Positions 1 through 13,259 of a stretch of 61,547 nucleotides of DNA are shown piece after piece. How positions within the stretch are numbered: position 1 is the first letter of the stretch; the number at the start of each line of letters is the position of its first letter. A program made the translations under genes and the position numbers. A model generated the notes under the pieces. That model worked only from the letters and a program-made list of their open reading frames with translations. It did not search any database and was not told the origin of the DNA. The DNA is from Octopus bimaculoides (lineage: Eukaryota): the NCBI RefSeq assembly GCF_001194135.2, contig NC_068996.1, forward strand, positions 9,078,038-9,139,584, read 5' to 3'.

Positions 1-400
1 ACATGGAGTGTGTGTGTTACCGTCTCTTTGTCTTGACTTGATGTGATTGTTTTAAATGAGTGTCATTGTCATGCTAGTGATGTCCTTCATTTACAATCTT
101 CCATCAAAGCATGTCTGACCATGGAGGAAATATTTCCTAACTTGCAATCAGGTGAGCGTTAGTGACTGGAAGGTCATCTGACTGTATGAAATTGGCCTCA
201 ACAAAATTCCTTCTCACCCATGTATGCAGGCATGGAAAAGCGGATATTAAAACAATAATGATGATAACATTTACGTTGACAGTTGTGTCGATGTGTATGT
301 GTATGTGTCCACCACTGTTTGACAACCTGTGTTGGTTTGTTTACATCCCCATAACAGTGGTTTAGTAAAGGAGACTGATAGAATAAGTACCTGATTTGAA

Positions 401-632
401 GGCGGCGAGCTGGCAGAAACGTTAGCACGCCGGGCAAAATGCTTAGCGGCATTTTGTCTGCCGCTATGTTCTGAGTTCAAATTCTGCCGAGGTCGACTTT
501 GCCTTTCATCCTTTCAGGGTCGATTAAATAAGTACCAGTTACGCACTGGCATCGATGTAATCGACCTAATCCCTTTGTCTGTCTTTGTTTGTCCCCTCTA
601 TGTTTAGCCCCTTGTGGGCAATAAAGAAATAA
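401..632 (+). mobile_element. SINE family A (GGCGGCGAGCTGGCAGAA head), full length with 17-bp TSD
   Basis: tRNA-like head with B-box-like gagttcaaattc; direct repeat gaataagtacctgattt at 381-397 and 633-649. Confidence 0.9.
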
Positions 633-651
633 GAATAAGTACCTGATTTAA

Positions 652-871
652 CCCTTTGGCATTTAAACTGGCCATATCCAGCACAAATATTGTACCTCTC
701 TGCTGTGCAAAGTGACCAGAACTGGCCTCTCACACTTATCTTACAATGTCATTCTAAAAATAAACATATGCATCATTGAAATCTCAAAAATATGAGATAA
801 TGTATGATTAATTCAAAACAATGCAAACAAAAAAGCCTTACATTTGACAGAATAACATGAATGCTAAAGGG
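652..871. mobile_element. piggyBac-like MITE
   Basis: TTAA at 648-651 and 872-875; TIR ccctttggcatt / aatgctaaaggg. Confidence 0.85.
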
Positions 872-1386
872 TTAAAAAAAAAAGGAAGTACTGTCACTGA
901 TTTGTTCAACTGAAACAATTCAAGGTGATCTCCCAGCATGGCCGTAGTCCAATGACTGAGACATGTAAAAGATAAGGGATAAAAGATTTCAATTTGAATG
1001 AGGGATTTAATTTAAATATGGACACATTAATACAAGAGATTTTAGGTGGATTGGTATCAAAAGTGTTAAAGAGGATATTTTTAATCTCCAATTTTGTTTT
1101 TTTGTTTTTACTTTTTTTTTCTCTCATAACCAAATCTGGTAAAAAGAAAAAAAGAATTTTTCTTCTAAAATTTTTGTTCTGTAAATCAATGTATTCTGTT
1201 ACCAGCAAGTCGTAATTCTTTTAGGTTCTCATGCCATACCAACAGCACTTTGGTGTAATATTAGTTCAGTTGTTCTTTGTTTAGCAATATCTTTTTTACA
1301 CACATGCACTCGCTGGTACAATGTTTAGTGAAAACAAAGAATCCCACACACACACATATGTATGCATGTATCTATGTATCAGCTTG

Positions 1387-1417
<31 letters not shown>

Positions 1418-1469
1418 ATACTTCATCATTTAATGTGTTTTCCATGCTGGCATGATTGGACATCATCAT

Positions 1470-1515
<46 letters not shown>

Positions 1516-1563
1516 CTCTCTCCCCCTCTCTCTCATATATATGTGTGTGTATATGCATATGTA

Positions 1564-1603
<40 letters not shown>

Positions 1604-2074
1604 NNNNNNNNNNNNNNNNNNNNNNNNNNNNNNNNNNNNNNNNNNNNNNNNNNNNNNNNNNNNNNNNNNNNNNNNNNNNNNNNNNNNNNNNNNNNNNNNN
1701 NNNNNNNNNNNNNNNNNNNNNNNNNNNNNNNNNNNNNNNNNNNNNNNNNNNNNNNNNNNNNNNNNNNNNNNNNNNNNNNNNNNNNNNNNNNNNNNNNNNN
1801 NNNNNNNNNNNNNNNNNNNNNNNNNNNNNNNNNNNNNNNNNNNNNNNNNNNNNNNNNNNNNNNNNNNNNNNNNNNNNNNNNNNNNNNNNNNNNNNNNNNN
1901 NNNNNNNNNNNNNNNNNNNNNNNNNNNNNNNNNNNNNNNNNNNNNNNNNNNNNNNNNNNNNNNNNNNNNNNNNNNNNNNNNNNNNNNNNNNNNNNNNNNN
2001 NNNNNNNNNNNNNNNNNNNNNNNNNNNNNNNNNNNNNNNNNNNNATGTTAATTAGTCATGAATTCCATTGTTAG

Positions 2075-2148
2075 GTCTTCAATTAAAACGAGGAGGAGAG
2101 AAAGAGAGAGTCTTGGAATTCCTCAGTAAATGTGTTTGCCACTCCTGA
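2075..2148 (+). CDS. candidate phase-1 alternative terminal exon (xLQLKRGGEKERVLEFLSKCVCHS*)
   Basis: Acceptor ttccattgttag; phase-1 frame open 24 codons vs 17 and 3; followed by T-rich UTR-like sequence with AATAAA near 2405. Confidence 0.45.
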
Positions 2149-2428
2149 TTCTATATCTAGCAATTTCAAAGCTACCTAGATGCTGCTACCAAACATCTAA
2201 CTTCCTAGTTTCCTCACTATAATATACTTAACATGGGACTCTTGTTAAATGTCACTTTTAGGTCATCAAAGAGCAGAATATAGTTTGATGAAATTTTTTT
2301 TTTTTTTAACTTACCAAGAATGCTTCTATTTATTTTATTTTATTTTTTTTTTGTCTTTTTAATGAATGAACATTAACAATCTTTATTTATAATTGTATAA
2401 GAAAAATAAAGTAATTTCTAGAATTTCC

Positions 2429-2434
<6 letters not shown>

Positions 2435-2517
<83 letters not shown>
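2435..2517. repeat. (ATT)n microsatellite
   Basis: Direct inspection. Confidence 0.95.
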
Positions 2518-2518
<1 letters not shown>

Positions 2519-3016
2519 TTGTTGTTGTTAGTGTTATTTTTGAATTTATTTATTTATTTATTTATGTAGAGCTAATTAGTACTCTCTGAAAAGTTCCAAG
2601 GATATTTCCACAACCAAACCTGTTCTGTTTGCTGCTCCTTTTAGTGGACTTGTACATATTTATTTATTCATTTATTCTTAAATTATATTTTTCTTCTACA
2701 AAAGTGTTTGCACATTGCTGCTAATTAGCAAAACTTAATGTTATATAAGAACATTTTTATATAATGATTTTGGTCTTATTCAGTTGCCTAATTTTTTTTT
2801 TCCTTATCTTTTTAAAAGTTTAAAAAGCAATGTGTAAATGGATGTGACATTATATTTTTGTATTCACATTTTTAGCTTTGAGTCTAAAACTTCTTTTTTT
2901 AGTCTTCTACATCATGACAACATTTTCTTCCATTTGGTTCACTGTTGTCAGTTAATGTTTCTGTAATAGTTTTTCAGGTTCACTAGATGCTCTGTTCATT
3001 GTTTATCTGTTTTTTG

Positions 3017-3052
<36 letters not shown>

Positions 3053-4495
3053 ACAGTTTACTAAGTACTGTGTTCACAGCTTCTATGGCTTCTTTTTGAA
3101 ATAGCAGATATTATATTCCTTGTTAAGTGTTAATGTGTTTTACTGCTAAATGACTTTTTTCCGCCCCCTTATCATCCATTTTGGTGCTGTTACCTATCGT
3201 TTGCTAACTGCTATGTTTGCCACTTTTTTATTATTATTAGCAGCTCATATCCTAGTAATGATTGTCCAAAACCTAGATATTTAATTCTCAAACAACTCTG
3301 TTCACCTAGCTGTATATATATACCAAAATGTAGAAACTTGTTGCTGTAAGCAATACAAAATATACTGCAAATTTCACTAGGAAATGATTTAGTTTGAAGC
3401 ATTCAACTTCTTAAGTGTAGCAAAAATCTTGGTAAACTTTCACAGGTCTTGATCACAGACTGGAGTCCATTAATGGGTTCTCTCTATTTTGGAGTTAGAT
3501 TGTAAGTTAGTGAATTCTCTCTGTGCCTTGAGGCACATAAGACCTCAGCACAATCTCTCCAACCAGCTCTGTTTTCTATGATTGTTCTGGTCTCATTCCA
3601 GTTACTCTGCCCTTCTCGTCTCCTTTTTTTTGTCAATGGTTCTTTGTCATATGCCTGTTGCTCTTTTCCCTTCAGTCTAACATTTTAGTGCCACCATATA
3701 AATGCTTTGGAATTATGGTCCTGAAAACTGAAAGAAACTTTAAGGTGTAGAATGTGAGGTCAAACTCAAACCTAGAAATCCTACAATAGCCTTGGACAAT
3801 CACCACAATGACCTGGCAACACCTGTGCTAAGAAGTGGTTGTTCCCTTTTTTCAAATTTGGTCTGCACTAATCTTACTGAGATAAGAAGCTGTTACATGG
3901 GCCACAACCAGTCTTTGGTCTACACTGCTACCATATGCACCTTAAAATGGATTCTTCAGTGTAAGAAATGCTTAATCTCAACATTTAAATATGGCTATAA
4001 AATTCCATGTTGTCCACTGAGACTTGCAAAAAAATGATTAATAAAAACTAAGTTTTTTTTGCAACATAAATTAACTTCTGTTCCACTTCATCACATTTTT
4101 TCAAAACATTGTTTCCTGTCTATCAAATCCACTCAGAAAGCTTTGGTCATCTTGGGCCATAGTAAAAGACAACTGCTCTAGGTGCCATGCTGCAAAACTA
4201 GCATTTCTGTAACAAAGACAACACATGACCTTTCAACTGGCCCAGTTCACCTAGATGTATATAGGTATTACAGTGTGATGTTGTCCACTGCAGCGTGTCT
4301 GTGACAACAACAAATTTACTTCTCAAATACACTCAGTATAGAAACAACTCACTACTGTAAACAGTGGAAGCACTAAATATACTGAACGGTTGATTTGACA
4401 ACATACAGTATTGAGTGCAAGCACTCATGTGGTCCCCAGAGAAAATAAAGGGAAATTCTTTCAGTGTAACTTTTCTCTTTATGTACTTTCATTAG

Positions 4496-4605
4496 TCAAG
4501 CCAAGGAGAAACAAGCTATGTGAACCCATAATTTCACCAGATATAGCAACCAAGTCTCCATCAGAGTACACCATACTGCCTTTAAAAAAATTGAAGTACA
4601 CATAA
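4496..4605 (+). CDS. candidate phase-1 terminal exon (xKPRRNKLCEPIISPDIATKSPSEYTILPLKKLKYT*)
   Basis: Acceptor ttttctctttatgtactttcattag; phase 1 open 36 codons vs 11 and 8. Confidence 0.45.
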
Positions 4606-4819
4606 GATCATTTAGATCATTAGATCATTAGATCATTTTTAAGAGATAATTGTCTATGATCTTTGGTTAAATGAGTTAGGTTTGGCCTAGAGATGAGCAA
4701 ACAACACAATAGGGTTATGAAACTAACTACAATCACTGACCATACTACATATCAGTTTATCCTCCCTTCTGCGCTGTGTTTTAATTAAGAATCCTGCGTT
4801 CATGTGACAGTGGCATAAT

Positions 4820-5260
4820 TCCTTGCTAAATGTCACACATCACAGCATTCTTGTCACTTGCTACAGCATCATCCTGTCACACATCACAACATTCTCCTGT
4901 CACATGCTACAATGTTCTCTCGTCACATATCACAGCATTCTTGTCACATGCTGCAGCATTATCCTGTCACACATCACAGCATCCTCTTGTCACACACATT
5001 CTCTTGTTGCACATTTTCTTGTTATCTGTCACAACATTCTCTTGTCACAACATCCTCTTAGGATTTATAGCATTCTCCTGTCACACACCACAGTGTTCTC
5101 CTGTCACATGCTTCTGTCACATCACAACATTATTAGTTCTCCTGACACATCACAGTATTTCCCCTGTTGCACATCACAAAATTCTCTTGTCATGTGCAAC
5201 AGCACCACCATGTCACAGTGTCACATTTTTTTCACACTGTCACCTTGAGTACATTTGTCT
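4820..5260. repeat. degenerate minisatellite, about 22-nt unit (tcttgtcacatcacagcat-like)
   Basis: Roughly 20 recurrences of tgtcaca...acagcatt; explains ORFs 4823-5549. Confidence 0.85.
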
Positions 5261-6004
5261 CCCTCATCCCCATCCCCACCCTTCAAACTCCCACCCTTCA
5301 AGACCCCACTCACCTCCTCACTCTTGGCTAATTCTACAACCAGTGACGTTCACTCACTGTCACATGTCGCTCTGTCCTATACTGCAACCTTTTGTCTTGT
5401 TCTGTCTCTTTTCTTTTTTCTCTTTTTTCATTGATATTAGCCAACATCAATATAATTACATTAACCCCCACCCCAATCCTACCTCACCTTTCCCCAACAC
5501 CCCTCTGCTCATCCTTTACTATTCCTCTATTGAAAGCGTCTTCAATTGACATTGCTCAGAGATTAATGTAAAGTAGATAAGATTAGCCAAAGTTTATTAA
5601 TACTTTAATCTTATCTCATAGCTGACTAAAACCCATAATATTATCATTTCACATAAATATTTGCTCTTTGTTGAAGTTTTTTTCTTCTTTTTCCTCCCCC
5701 CACATTTTTTTTTTACATTTTATTTTTTAATCTACACTCTTCTGTGGAGTTTCTTACGATGTTAAATGGACCCTAACATTTTGTTGTTATTTATAAAGCA
5801 AAGGTTTAAAATACAGAAATCTAAAACAGAATATTTCAAAGTTTGAGTTCTTTATAGACATAGCTTTCCCCATTCACCTTAGGATTTTTAGTGTTTGTCT
5901 AAGAGAGCTGAACAAAATTAACAAAGTACCGTGTGTATGTTTATGTGTACTTATGTATGTATTAATATGTATATGTGTGTGCTTATATGTGTGTGTATGT
6001 ATAC

Positions 6005-6061
<57 letters not shown>

Positions 6062-6304
6062 CATTAGTATATAGATATATACATGCGCATATGCAGGATG
6101 TGTGTGTGTGTAAATGTCTTGAAAAATTAATGACCATTTCTTTTAGTTATTATACCATTGGCAAAGTCATTTCCCCAAACAGATCATTGACTTCCTGATG
6201 TCAACTGTTGATTTCTCTTTAACCAAAGTTAGGTTAATATTGTTGTCATTTATTATTATTATTATAATTATGATTATTATTATTATTATTATTATTATTA
6301 AGAA

Positions 6305-6713
6305 GGCAGTGAGCTGGTAGAATCATTAGCACGCTGGATGAAATGCTTAATGGTATTTTGCCCATCGCTACGTTCTGAGTTCAAATTCTGCTGAGGTCGA
6401 CTTTGCCTTTCATCCTTTCGAGGTCAATAAAATAAGTACCAGATATACACTGAGGTCAATGTAATCGACTTAACACCTTCCCCAAAATTGCTACCCTTGT
6501 GGCAAAATTTTAAAACCATTATTTTAAGGCGGCGAGCTGGCAGAATTGTTAGCACGCTGGGTGAAATACGTAATGGTATTGTGTCTGTTCTGAGTTCAAA
6601 TTTCGCTGAGATCGACTTTGCCTTCCATCCTTTCAGGGTCGATTAAATAAGTACCAGTTATACACTGGGATCAATGTAACCGACTCGATCACTTCCCCCA
6701 AATTTGAGGCCTT

Positions 6714-6716
<3 letters not shown>
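6305..6716 (+). mobile_element. two head-to-tail SINE family A copies between (ATT)n and (TAG)n
   Basis: Heads at 6305 and 6528, each with gagttcaaatt..gaggtcgactttgcctttcatcc core. Confidence 0.85.
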
Positions 6717-6764
<48 letters not shown>

Positions 6765-7263
6765 TTGTGAAGGTGAAGAACAAAATGCTTTGCAGTATTT
6801 AGTCATGGCTTGCTGTTTACATCCTGATTTCAAATCCTGCTAAAGATGACTTTCATCCTCCTGGGGTTGATAAAATAAAGTGCCAATCAAATACCTGAGT
6901 TGGTTTAATTGATGAACCTCCTCACACTTCAGATTTCTGGCTTTGTGGTTATGTTAGAAATGCACTGATATGGCTGTGTGGTTAAGAAGCTTGCTTAGCA
7001 ACTATATGGTTTCAAGTTCAGTCCCACTACATTTCATTTTGGATAGATGCCTTCTATTATAGCCCCGGGTCAACCAGTGCTTTGTGATTGAACTTTGCTT
7101 GATAGAAACTGTATGGGAACCTTCATTTATATGTATACATACATACATACATACATCATTCATTAGTAGAGTCCGTTAGAATCCAGGTTTTTCAACAAGC
7201 TGGGTGCCAGTAACAGTCAGGTAAAGGGCTCAGTGTATATGAGTACATGTATGGATATATATA

Positions 7264-7294
<31 letters not shown>

Positions 7295-8799
7295 GTATAT
7301 ATANNNNNNNNNNNNNNNNNNNNNNNNNNNNNNNNNNNNNNNNNNNNNNNNNNNNNNNNNNNNNNNNNNNNNNNNNNNNNNNNNNNNNNNNNNNNNNNNN
7401 NNNNNNNNNNNNNNNNNNNNNNNNNNNNNNNNNNNNNNNNNNNNNNNNNNNNNNNNNNNNNNNNNNNNNNNNNNNNNNNNNNNNNNNNNNNNNNNNNNNN
7501 NNNNNNNNNNNNNNNNNNNNNNNNNNNNNNNNNNNNNNNNNNNNNNNNNNNNNNNNNNNNNNNNNNNNNNNNNNNNNNNNNNNNNNNNNNNNNNNNNNNN
7601 NNNNNNNNNNNNNNNNNNNNNNNNNNNNNNNNNNNNNNNNNNNNNNNNNNNNNNNNNNNNNNNNNNNNNNNNNNNNNNNNNNNNNNNNNNNNNNNNNNNN
7701 NNNNNNNNNNNNNNNNNNNNNNNNNNNNNNNNNNNNNNNNNNNNNNNNNNNNNNNNNNNNNNNNNNNNNNNNNNNNNNNNNNNNNNNNNNNNNNNNNNNN
7801 NNNNNNNNNNNNNNNNNNNNNNNNNNNNNNNNNNNNNNNNNNNNNNNNNNNNNNNNNNNNNNNNNNNNNNNNNNNNNNNNNNNNNNNNNNNNNNNNNNNN
7901 NNNNNNNNNNNNNNNNNNNNNNNNNNNNNNNNNNNNNNNNNNNNNNNNNNNNNNNNNNNNNNNNNNNNNNNNNNNNNNNNNNNNNNNNNNNNNNNNNNNN
8001 NNNNNNNNNNNNNNNNNNNNNNNNNNNNNNNNNNNNNNNNNNNNNNNNNNNNNNNNNNNNNNNNNNNNNNNNNNNNNNNNNNNNNNNNNNNNNNNNNNNN
8101 NNNNNNNNNNNNNNNNNNNNNNNNNNNNNNNNNNNNNNNNNNNNNNNNNNNNNNNNNNNNNNNNNNNNNNNNNNNNNNNNNNNNNNNNNNNNNNNNNNNN
8201 NNNNNNNNNNNNNNNNNNNNNNNNNNNNNNNNNATATATATATATATATATGTCCCCTCTCTACCCACTTGACAAATGGTGCTGGTTTGTTTATACCCCT
8301 ATAACTTTGCGGTTTGACAAAAGGGATGGAAAGAATGAATATGATCCTTAAAAAATAGATACCAGAGTTGATCGGTTCAACGAAAACTCTTGAAAGTGGT
8401 GCCCCAGCATGGTTGTGGGCAATACTAATGATTTTTTAAGGTTCTCTAAGACTTTGTTTGATGGGTTTGGTTGATATTCTATTTGAACTTCTCTAAGTGG
8501 TTGTCTGCTGAGGAAATCTGTCTGTGGGGTGGGGGGTTGCAGGTAGCTGGTATGGGGAGAAAGGATTGGTTATAAGGCTGGTGTGATGCCTATCAGTAAC
8601 GAAAAAAAAATGGTACCAGTGGCAAGAAGTGGAGAAATAGTAACATGGGTTGGTTCTCAGTAGAAATGTTATGCAAATAGTTCAGAGACTGTTTAGTTAG
8701 TATCTGTAGACCAGAGATTGTAGTGTAGTGACAAATAAATGTTATTCTAAAATATATGAAGTCACAGTGAAACAGCATTGAATAAAATATATTCATGCA

Positions 8800-9050
8800 T
8801 ATTTGACGTGCTTTGATGATGGTGACATTTAGAAAGCATTGGTCATGATGCCACCTAAAATGCTCTGGTGCTGGTGCCACATAAAAAGCACCCAGTATTC
8901 TTTGTAAAGTGGTTGGTGTTAGGAAGGGCATCCTACTATAGAAACCATACCAAAACAGACAACGGAACCAGTATGTAATGCCCAGCCGTGCCAGCTCCCG
9001 TCAAAAGAACCCAAGACTAGAAAACAAGCATTGAATGACAACGATGACAA
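8800..9050 (+). mobile_element. degenerate SINE family C (aggaagggcatcc core, GAT-type tail)
   Basis: aaaagcacccagta..ggttggtgttaggaagggcatcc..gaatgacaacgatga. Confidence 0.7.
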
Positions 9051-10274
9051 CGATGACAAATTTCATTTTGTTTTATTTATTTATTTTGCCAGCCTGTCAA
9101 ATGGCTCTCTAGAGTGTCAGTGTATCAGCAGTATCACCATTCCTGTCCTATATGTAGGAGCGGTGCTTCATTGTGGGTCAAATCTAGTATGAGCTTTGTA
9201 TGTAGAGGGTCAGTTGCATAAACTGTCTTGATATATTTGTTAGAAGTTCCTAGTGAGATTTGAACCTAAAGTAAACATATTAGCACTCTACAGTCTCTGC
9301 CTCTTTAACTAACTTCATCATTTTATCGACTTTTTTTCTTTTTGCTTTGTCATAAAATCAAGAAAACAAAAAAAAAGATAGTGGAGGTGAATAGGTTTAC
9401 AGAATCACCAATAGTAGACACATGCACTCACACACGCGCTCACAATACACACACACACACACACACGAACATACATGTGTATAGATGTGTACAGGAGCAG
9501 GTGTAGCCTTGTGATTAAGAAAATTACTTCCAAACCACATGGTTTCAGGTTCAGTCCTAGCATATGTATGTATGACAGTATTCACCTGTGGTAGGCTGAG
9601 TGATGATATTTACCAAATCCCTTATGAATGCCAACCACATCCGACAGTTGGCCCTAACATTCCAGCAGGCAAAGTAATGCTTGTGTCTGCAGCCCAAAAA
9701 TCCAGCTTACAAATTTGACTAACGCTCCACTGGGGGAGAAAAAGTGCATTGGATAGCATAGATTCCGTAGTCATAGTTGTCATTCATTGTTGAGGCATTC
9801 AGTTTGTGTCCAGAGTTTCAGTAGGGATACAAGTTTGCATTTGGTCCCCGGTCACATACATACACATCTTGGGATAGTTTGATCTGTAGCAGCTTATCTT
9901 GCCACTGATTGTTGACCATCACAAAGGATTTGCTGACCAAGTTACCACTGATTATCAGAGCAGATGTAGCCTGCATGGCACCTTGGGCAAGTGTCTTCTA
10001 CTATAACCTCAGGCTAACCAAAGACTTGGATTTGGTCACGTGACACTGAAAGAAGCACACCACATGTGTGCGTGTGTGTGTAAGAGTTTGTCCCCCATCA
10101 CTACTTGAAAATTGGTACTGGTATGTTTATGTCTCCTGTAACTTAGCAGTTCAGCAAAAGAAACCAATAGAATAACTACCAGGTTTAAAAAAAGAAAAAA
10201 AATACTACCATGCTCTCGCTGTCTTCTCGAAATACTGTACACCAGGTGATGTTATTTCAGTGTTCTTCTATCAG

Positions 10275-10420
10275 CCATGCTAGTAGTTAAGTATATGGAT
10301 GGCAGTGATGGGGATGGTGGTGGTGGTGGTGGTGGTAGAATGCCAGGTAGGAATGTCTGTGATAGTGAAGTAGTTCCCTTGTGGAGGGGTAGTCAATTAT
10401 GCCTGAGTTATGATGACTGA
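10275..10420 (+). CDS. candidate phase-1 exon (xMLVVKYMDGSDGDGGGGGGGRMPGRNVCDSEVVPLWRGSQLCLSYDD*); optional phase-1 donor after 10346
   Basis: Acceptor ttcttctatcag; phase 1 open 48 codons vs 2 and 4; G|GTAGGA gives a 72-nt symmetric cassette; a competing AG lies at 10259-10260. Confidence 0.4.
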
Positions 10421-10606
10421 GGGGAGAACATCTACTCTCTGTCTCTTTCTCTCTCACACCATCTCACCCACCCCCACCCACCCACACATTTCTATGTCTA
10501 TTAAGAAAGGAAAGTTAAAGCAGGCATCAATAGGTTAGAAAAAAATTATTTGTTTATTTATTTAATCATTTGTTGTTTTTTTTTTATTTTACATTTATTT
10601 TTGCAG

Positions 10607-10653
10607 TTCATTACAGTGGGATAGAGAGATTCATTGAAACATTAGCCATTTGA
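10607..10653 (+). CDS. candidate phase-1 terminal exon (xHYSGIERFIETLAI*)
   Basis: Very strong U-rich tract ending ttttgcag; phase 1 open 15 codons vs 5 and 9. Confidence 0.45.
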
Positions 10654-11018
10654 CATCTCTCTCACCCAAACTAAATTTTTTTTAACCTTATCTAGATGCA
10701 TGTCTTAACATGCAAATACATCAGGCACTGAATTAACAGAGTCATTAGTGTCAAACAGAACACCTAGCAGCTTTCGTTCTGAGTCGGGATGCTCTGAGTT
10801 CAATTCCTCTGATGTCAATTGGTTTTGCCTTTCATCCTTTCGATGCTAATAAAACAAGATATCAATCCAGTGTAGCTAATTGACAGAACTCTAAGAACAT
10901 TGTTGGACCAGATACCATGCTGTATTTGTCTCATTTGTCTTGGCGCTTTACATTCTGAGTCCAAGGTGCTTGACTTAATCTGTCACATTGTTTAACTCCA
11001 CTAACCAACTCCTTTTAG

Positions 11019-11152
11019 GTACAGTTTATAGAGTCAGTCTCCTTTATTGTGAGCATTTGGAGGTAATGTCTCTAGTCTCTAGCTTGAGGGTACCTCCTTC
11101 TCGGGACCCCTTCCTCCTTCCCTCTCTCTCATCAGTTTCAGCAGTTCTGTAA
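11019..11152 (+). CDS. candidate phase-1 terminal exon (xTVYRVSLLYCEHLEVMSLVSSLRVPPSRDPFLLPSLSSVSAVL*)
   Basis: CTAAC branch site at 11001-11005 plus ctccttttag; phase 1 open 44 codons vs 15 and 3. Confidence 0.45.
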
Positions 11153-11233
11153 TGGGTCATAAGCATTGCATTCTTCCCTGACTGAATGATAAAAGCAAAA
11201 AAAAAAGTTTTAAAATATTTTTATTTATTTATT

Positions 11234-11269
<36 letters not shown>

Positions 11270-11324
11270 GCTAGTGACAAAAACGCATGCCCCCCCCCCA
11301 CTCCCCAGGATATACATTGTAACA

Positions 11325-11500
11325 TGGTTGTTGTTATGAAGTGCATCCAGCTGTAGAAACATTGCCAATGCAGATACTTGAGTACAATGCAGAACTTGGG
11401 TCCCATGAGATCCTATCAAACCATCCAACTTATGTCAGCATGAGACATGAATATTAAATGATGACGATGATGAGGATGATGATGATGGTGATGATGATTA
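11325..11500 (+). mobile_element. 5'-truncated SINE family C with (GAT)n tail
   Basis: gcatccagctgtagaaac..ccatccaac..gatgatgatg. Confidence 0.7.
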
Positions 11501-11508
11501 TCAATAAT

Positions 11509-11747
11509 GCTGCAGTCTGGCAGAATCGTTAGTGCATTGGACAAAATGCTTAGCAACATTTCTTCTAGCTCCTTATGCTTCAAGTTCCAAGTTCAAATTC
11601 CACCAAGGACAACTTTGCCTTCTATCTTTTCGGGTTCAATAAAATAAGAACCAGTTGAGCACTGAGGTTGAGGTATTTTGCTATCCCCCCCGCCCCCAAA
11701 ATTTCAGGCCTTGTGCCTACTATAAGTAGAGGGAATCATCATCATCA

Positions 11748-11784
<37 letters not shown>

Positions 11785-12000
11785 GGGTGGTGAGCCAGCA
11801 GAAGCGTTAGCACACCAGGCAAAATACTTAGTGGCATTTTGTCCATTTTTATGTTCTGAGTTCAAATTCCATTGAGGTCAGCTTTGCCCTTCATCTTTTC
11901 TGGGATCAGTAAAATGAACACCAGTTGAGCACTGGGGACACTGTAATTAACTCACCACCTCCTCCTAAAGCAGCTGGTTTTATGCCAAAATTTCAAACCA
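11509..12000 (+). mobile_element. two head-to-tail SINE family A copies separated by (CAT)/(ATT)n
   Basis: Heads near 11509 and 11785; shared core. Confidence 0.8.
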
Positions 12001-12058
12001 TTATTATTATTATTAATGATATTATTTTTTTTTTTTTGCAATCTACTCTGTTGTGCAG

Positions 12059-12150
12059 GGTTGCCTGAGACAATAAACACTTCTCACTCACTTCTTTTAT
12101 TCATGTTCTGTGATTGGTGGCACTGGTTGGGCTGCTGGAAGAATATCTGA
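12059..12150 (+). CDS. candidate phase-1 terminal exon (xLPETINTSHSLLLFMFCDWWHWLGCWKNI*)
   Basis: Poly-T tract then ctctgttgtgcag; phase 1 open 30 codons vs 5 and 2. Confidence 0.35.
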
Positions 12151-12233
12151 TTTTAATTATCCACTAACTAACTGTTTCTTCTCATCATACAAGAACACTT
12201 GCTGCAGAACATTTTTTTTTTTTTTCTTACAAG

Positions 12234-12304
12234 ATTTAACTGGCAGAAATGCAAATGAGGTAAAAGGAAAGTGGGATCCGAAAGACCCAGTATCCAACTT
12301 GTAA
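12234..12304 (+). CDS. candidate phase-1 terminal exon (xLTGRNANEVKGKWDPKDPVSNL*)
   Basis: Poly-T tract plus cttacaag; phase 1 open 23 codons vs 1 and 7; protein-like composition; ends S-N-L. Confidence 0.5.
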
Positions 12305-12411
12305 GGCATGGTAAGAAGATAGAGCTCATTGTGGAAAGAGATGGGGATGGTCGGGTGGGTGGGTGGCAGCGTTGAAAAGAAAGACAAAGTTGTTAAATAA
12401 CTAAACTCAAG

Positions 12412-12800
12412 CATGGCTGTGTGGTTTAGAAGCTTGCTTTGCAACCATATAGTTTTGAGTTCAGTCTCACCATGTGACACCTTGGGTCACATAGTGCCTA
12501 GCCCTAGTGAAATCAGTGCCTTGTGAGAGAATTCAGTAGATGGAAACTATGTGGAAGCCTGTTGTGTGTATCTATGTCTTTGTGTCTGTGTTTGTCTCCA
12601 TTACCCCTCGTCCTCTCCCTGTTTGACAACCGGTGCTGGTTTGTTTACAGCCCCTGTAACGTAGTGGTTCAGCAGAAGGAACTGATAGATAAAGTACCAG
12701 GTTTTTTGAAAAAGTAGTACTGATGTTGATTGAACCAACTAAAATCCTTTCGAGGTGGTGCCCCAGCATGGCCACAGGCCAATGACTGAAACAAGGAAAA
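12412..12800 (+). mobile_element. SINE family B, near full length
   Basis: catggctgtgtggtttagaagcttgct head to cccagcatggccacag..aaaagatg tail. Confidence 0.85.
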
Positions 12801-13011
12801 GATGAAAAAAAGAAACAAAAACAAAAGAAGCCTTTGCAGCCAAGGTTGTTCTATATTTCTTTAAATGTTTGTTCATCATTTTGTAATGATTGGTCTGTTG
12901 TTGAATTGTTTCAAAGTCAACACTTTAAATTTTATTTTTTATTTTTTATGGGCTGAACTCTTTAGATTGACACCCCACCACCACTACCACCAGTACTTCT
13001 CTCCATCTCTT

Positions 13012-13056
<45 letters not shown>

Positions 13057-13068
13057 GTTCCTTGACAG

Positions 13069-13129
13069 AGGTGGGGTACAGGTGACAGAGGACAAGACAG
13101 GCTTTGGAAGGAGGGAAGAAAGGACATAA
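13069..13129 (+). CDS. candidate phase-1 terminal exon with tandem acceptors (xVGYR* from 13069; xGVQVTEDKTGFGRREERT* from 13071)
   Basis: (CT)n tract, CTGAC branch-like site at 13051-13055, gacAGAG. Confidence 0.3.
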
Positions 13130-13259
13130 CTTGTGGTGACAGTGTTTCTGGTGCTGGGGCAGGTGGATGGGTGGGTGGGTTTTTGTTGGAGCTGGCAGGA
13201 CTGATGTTAAAAGTTAGTTAGACTTGGTAACAGCTGGAATTTCTGAATTGTGTTAACAG

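Larger units (their letters stand above)
300..976 (+). mobile_element. 3' half of octopus tRNA-derived SINE family B, interrupted by two younger insertions
   Basis: Matches other family-B copies (tttgacaacc..ggtttgtttacatcccc..gactgatagaataagtac, resuming at about 895 with cccagcatggccgtagtccaatgactga..aaagataag). Confidence 0.75.

Noticed and set aside
401-480. tRNA-like heads with A/B-box-like motifs
   Set aside because: They are SINE 5' ends without an intact cloverleaf; no tRNA gene called
9080-9270. 42-codon ORF after an acceptor
   Set aside because: Minus strand resembles a decayed LINE RT tail; too degraded to call
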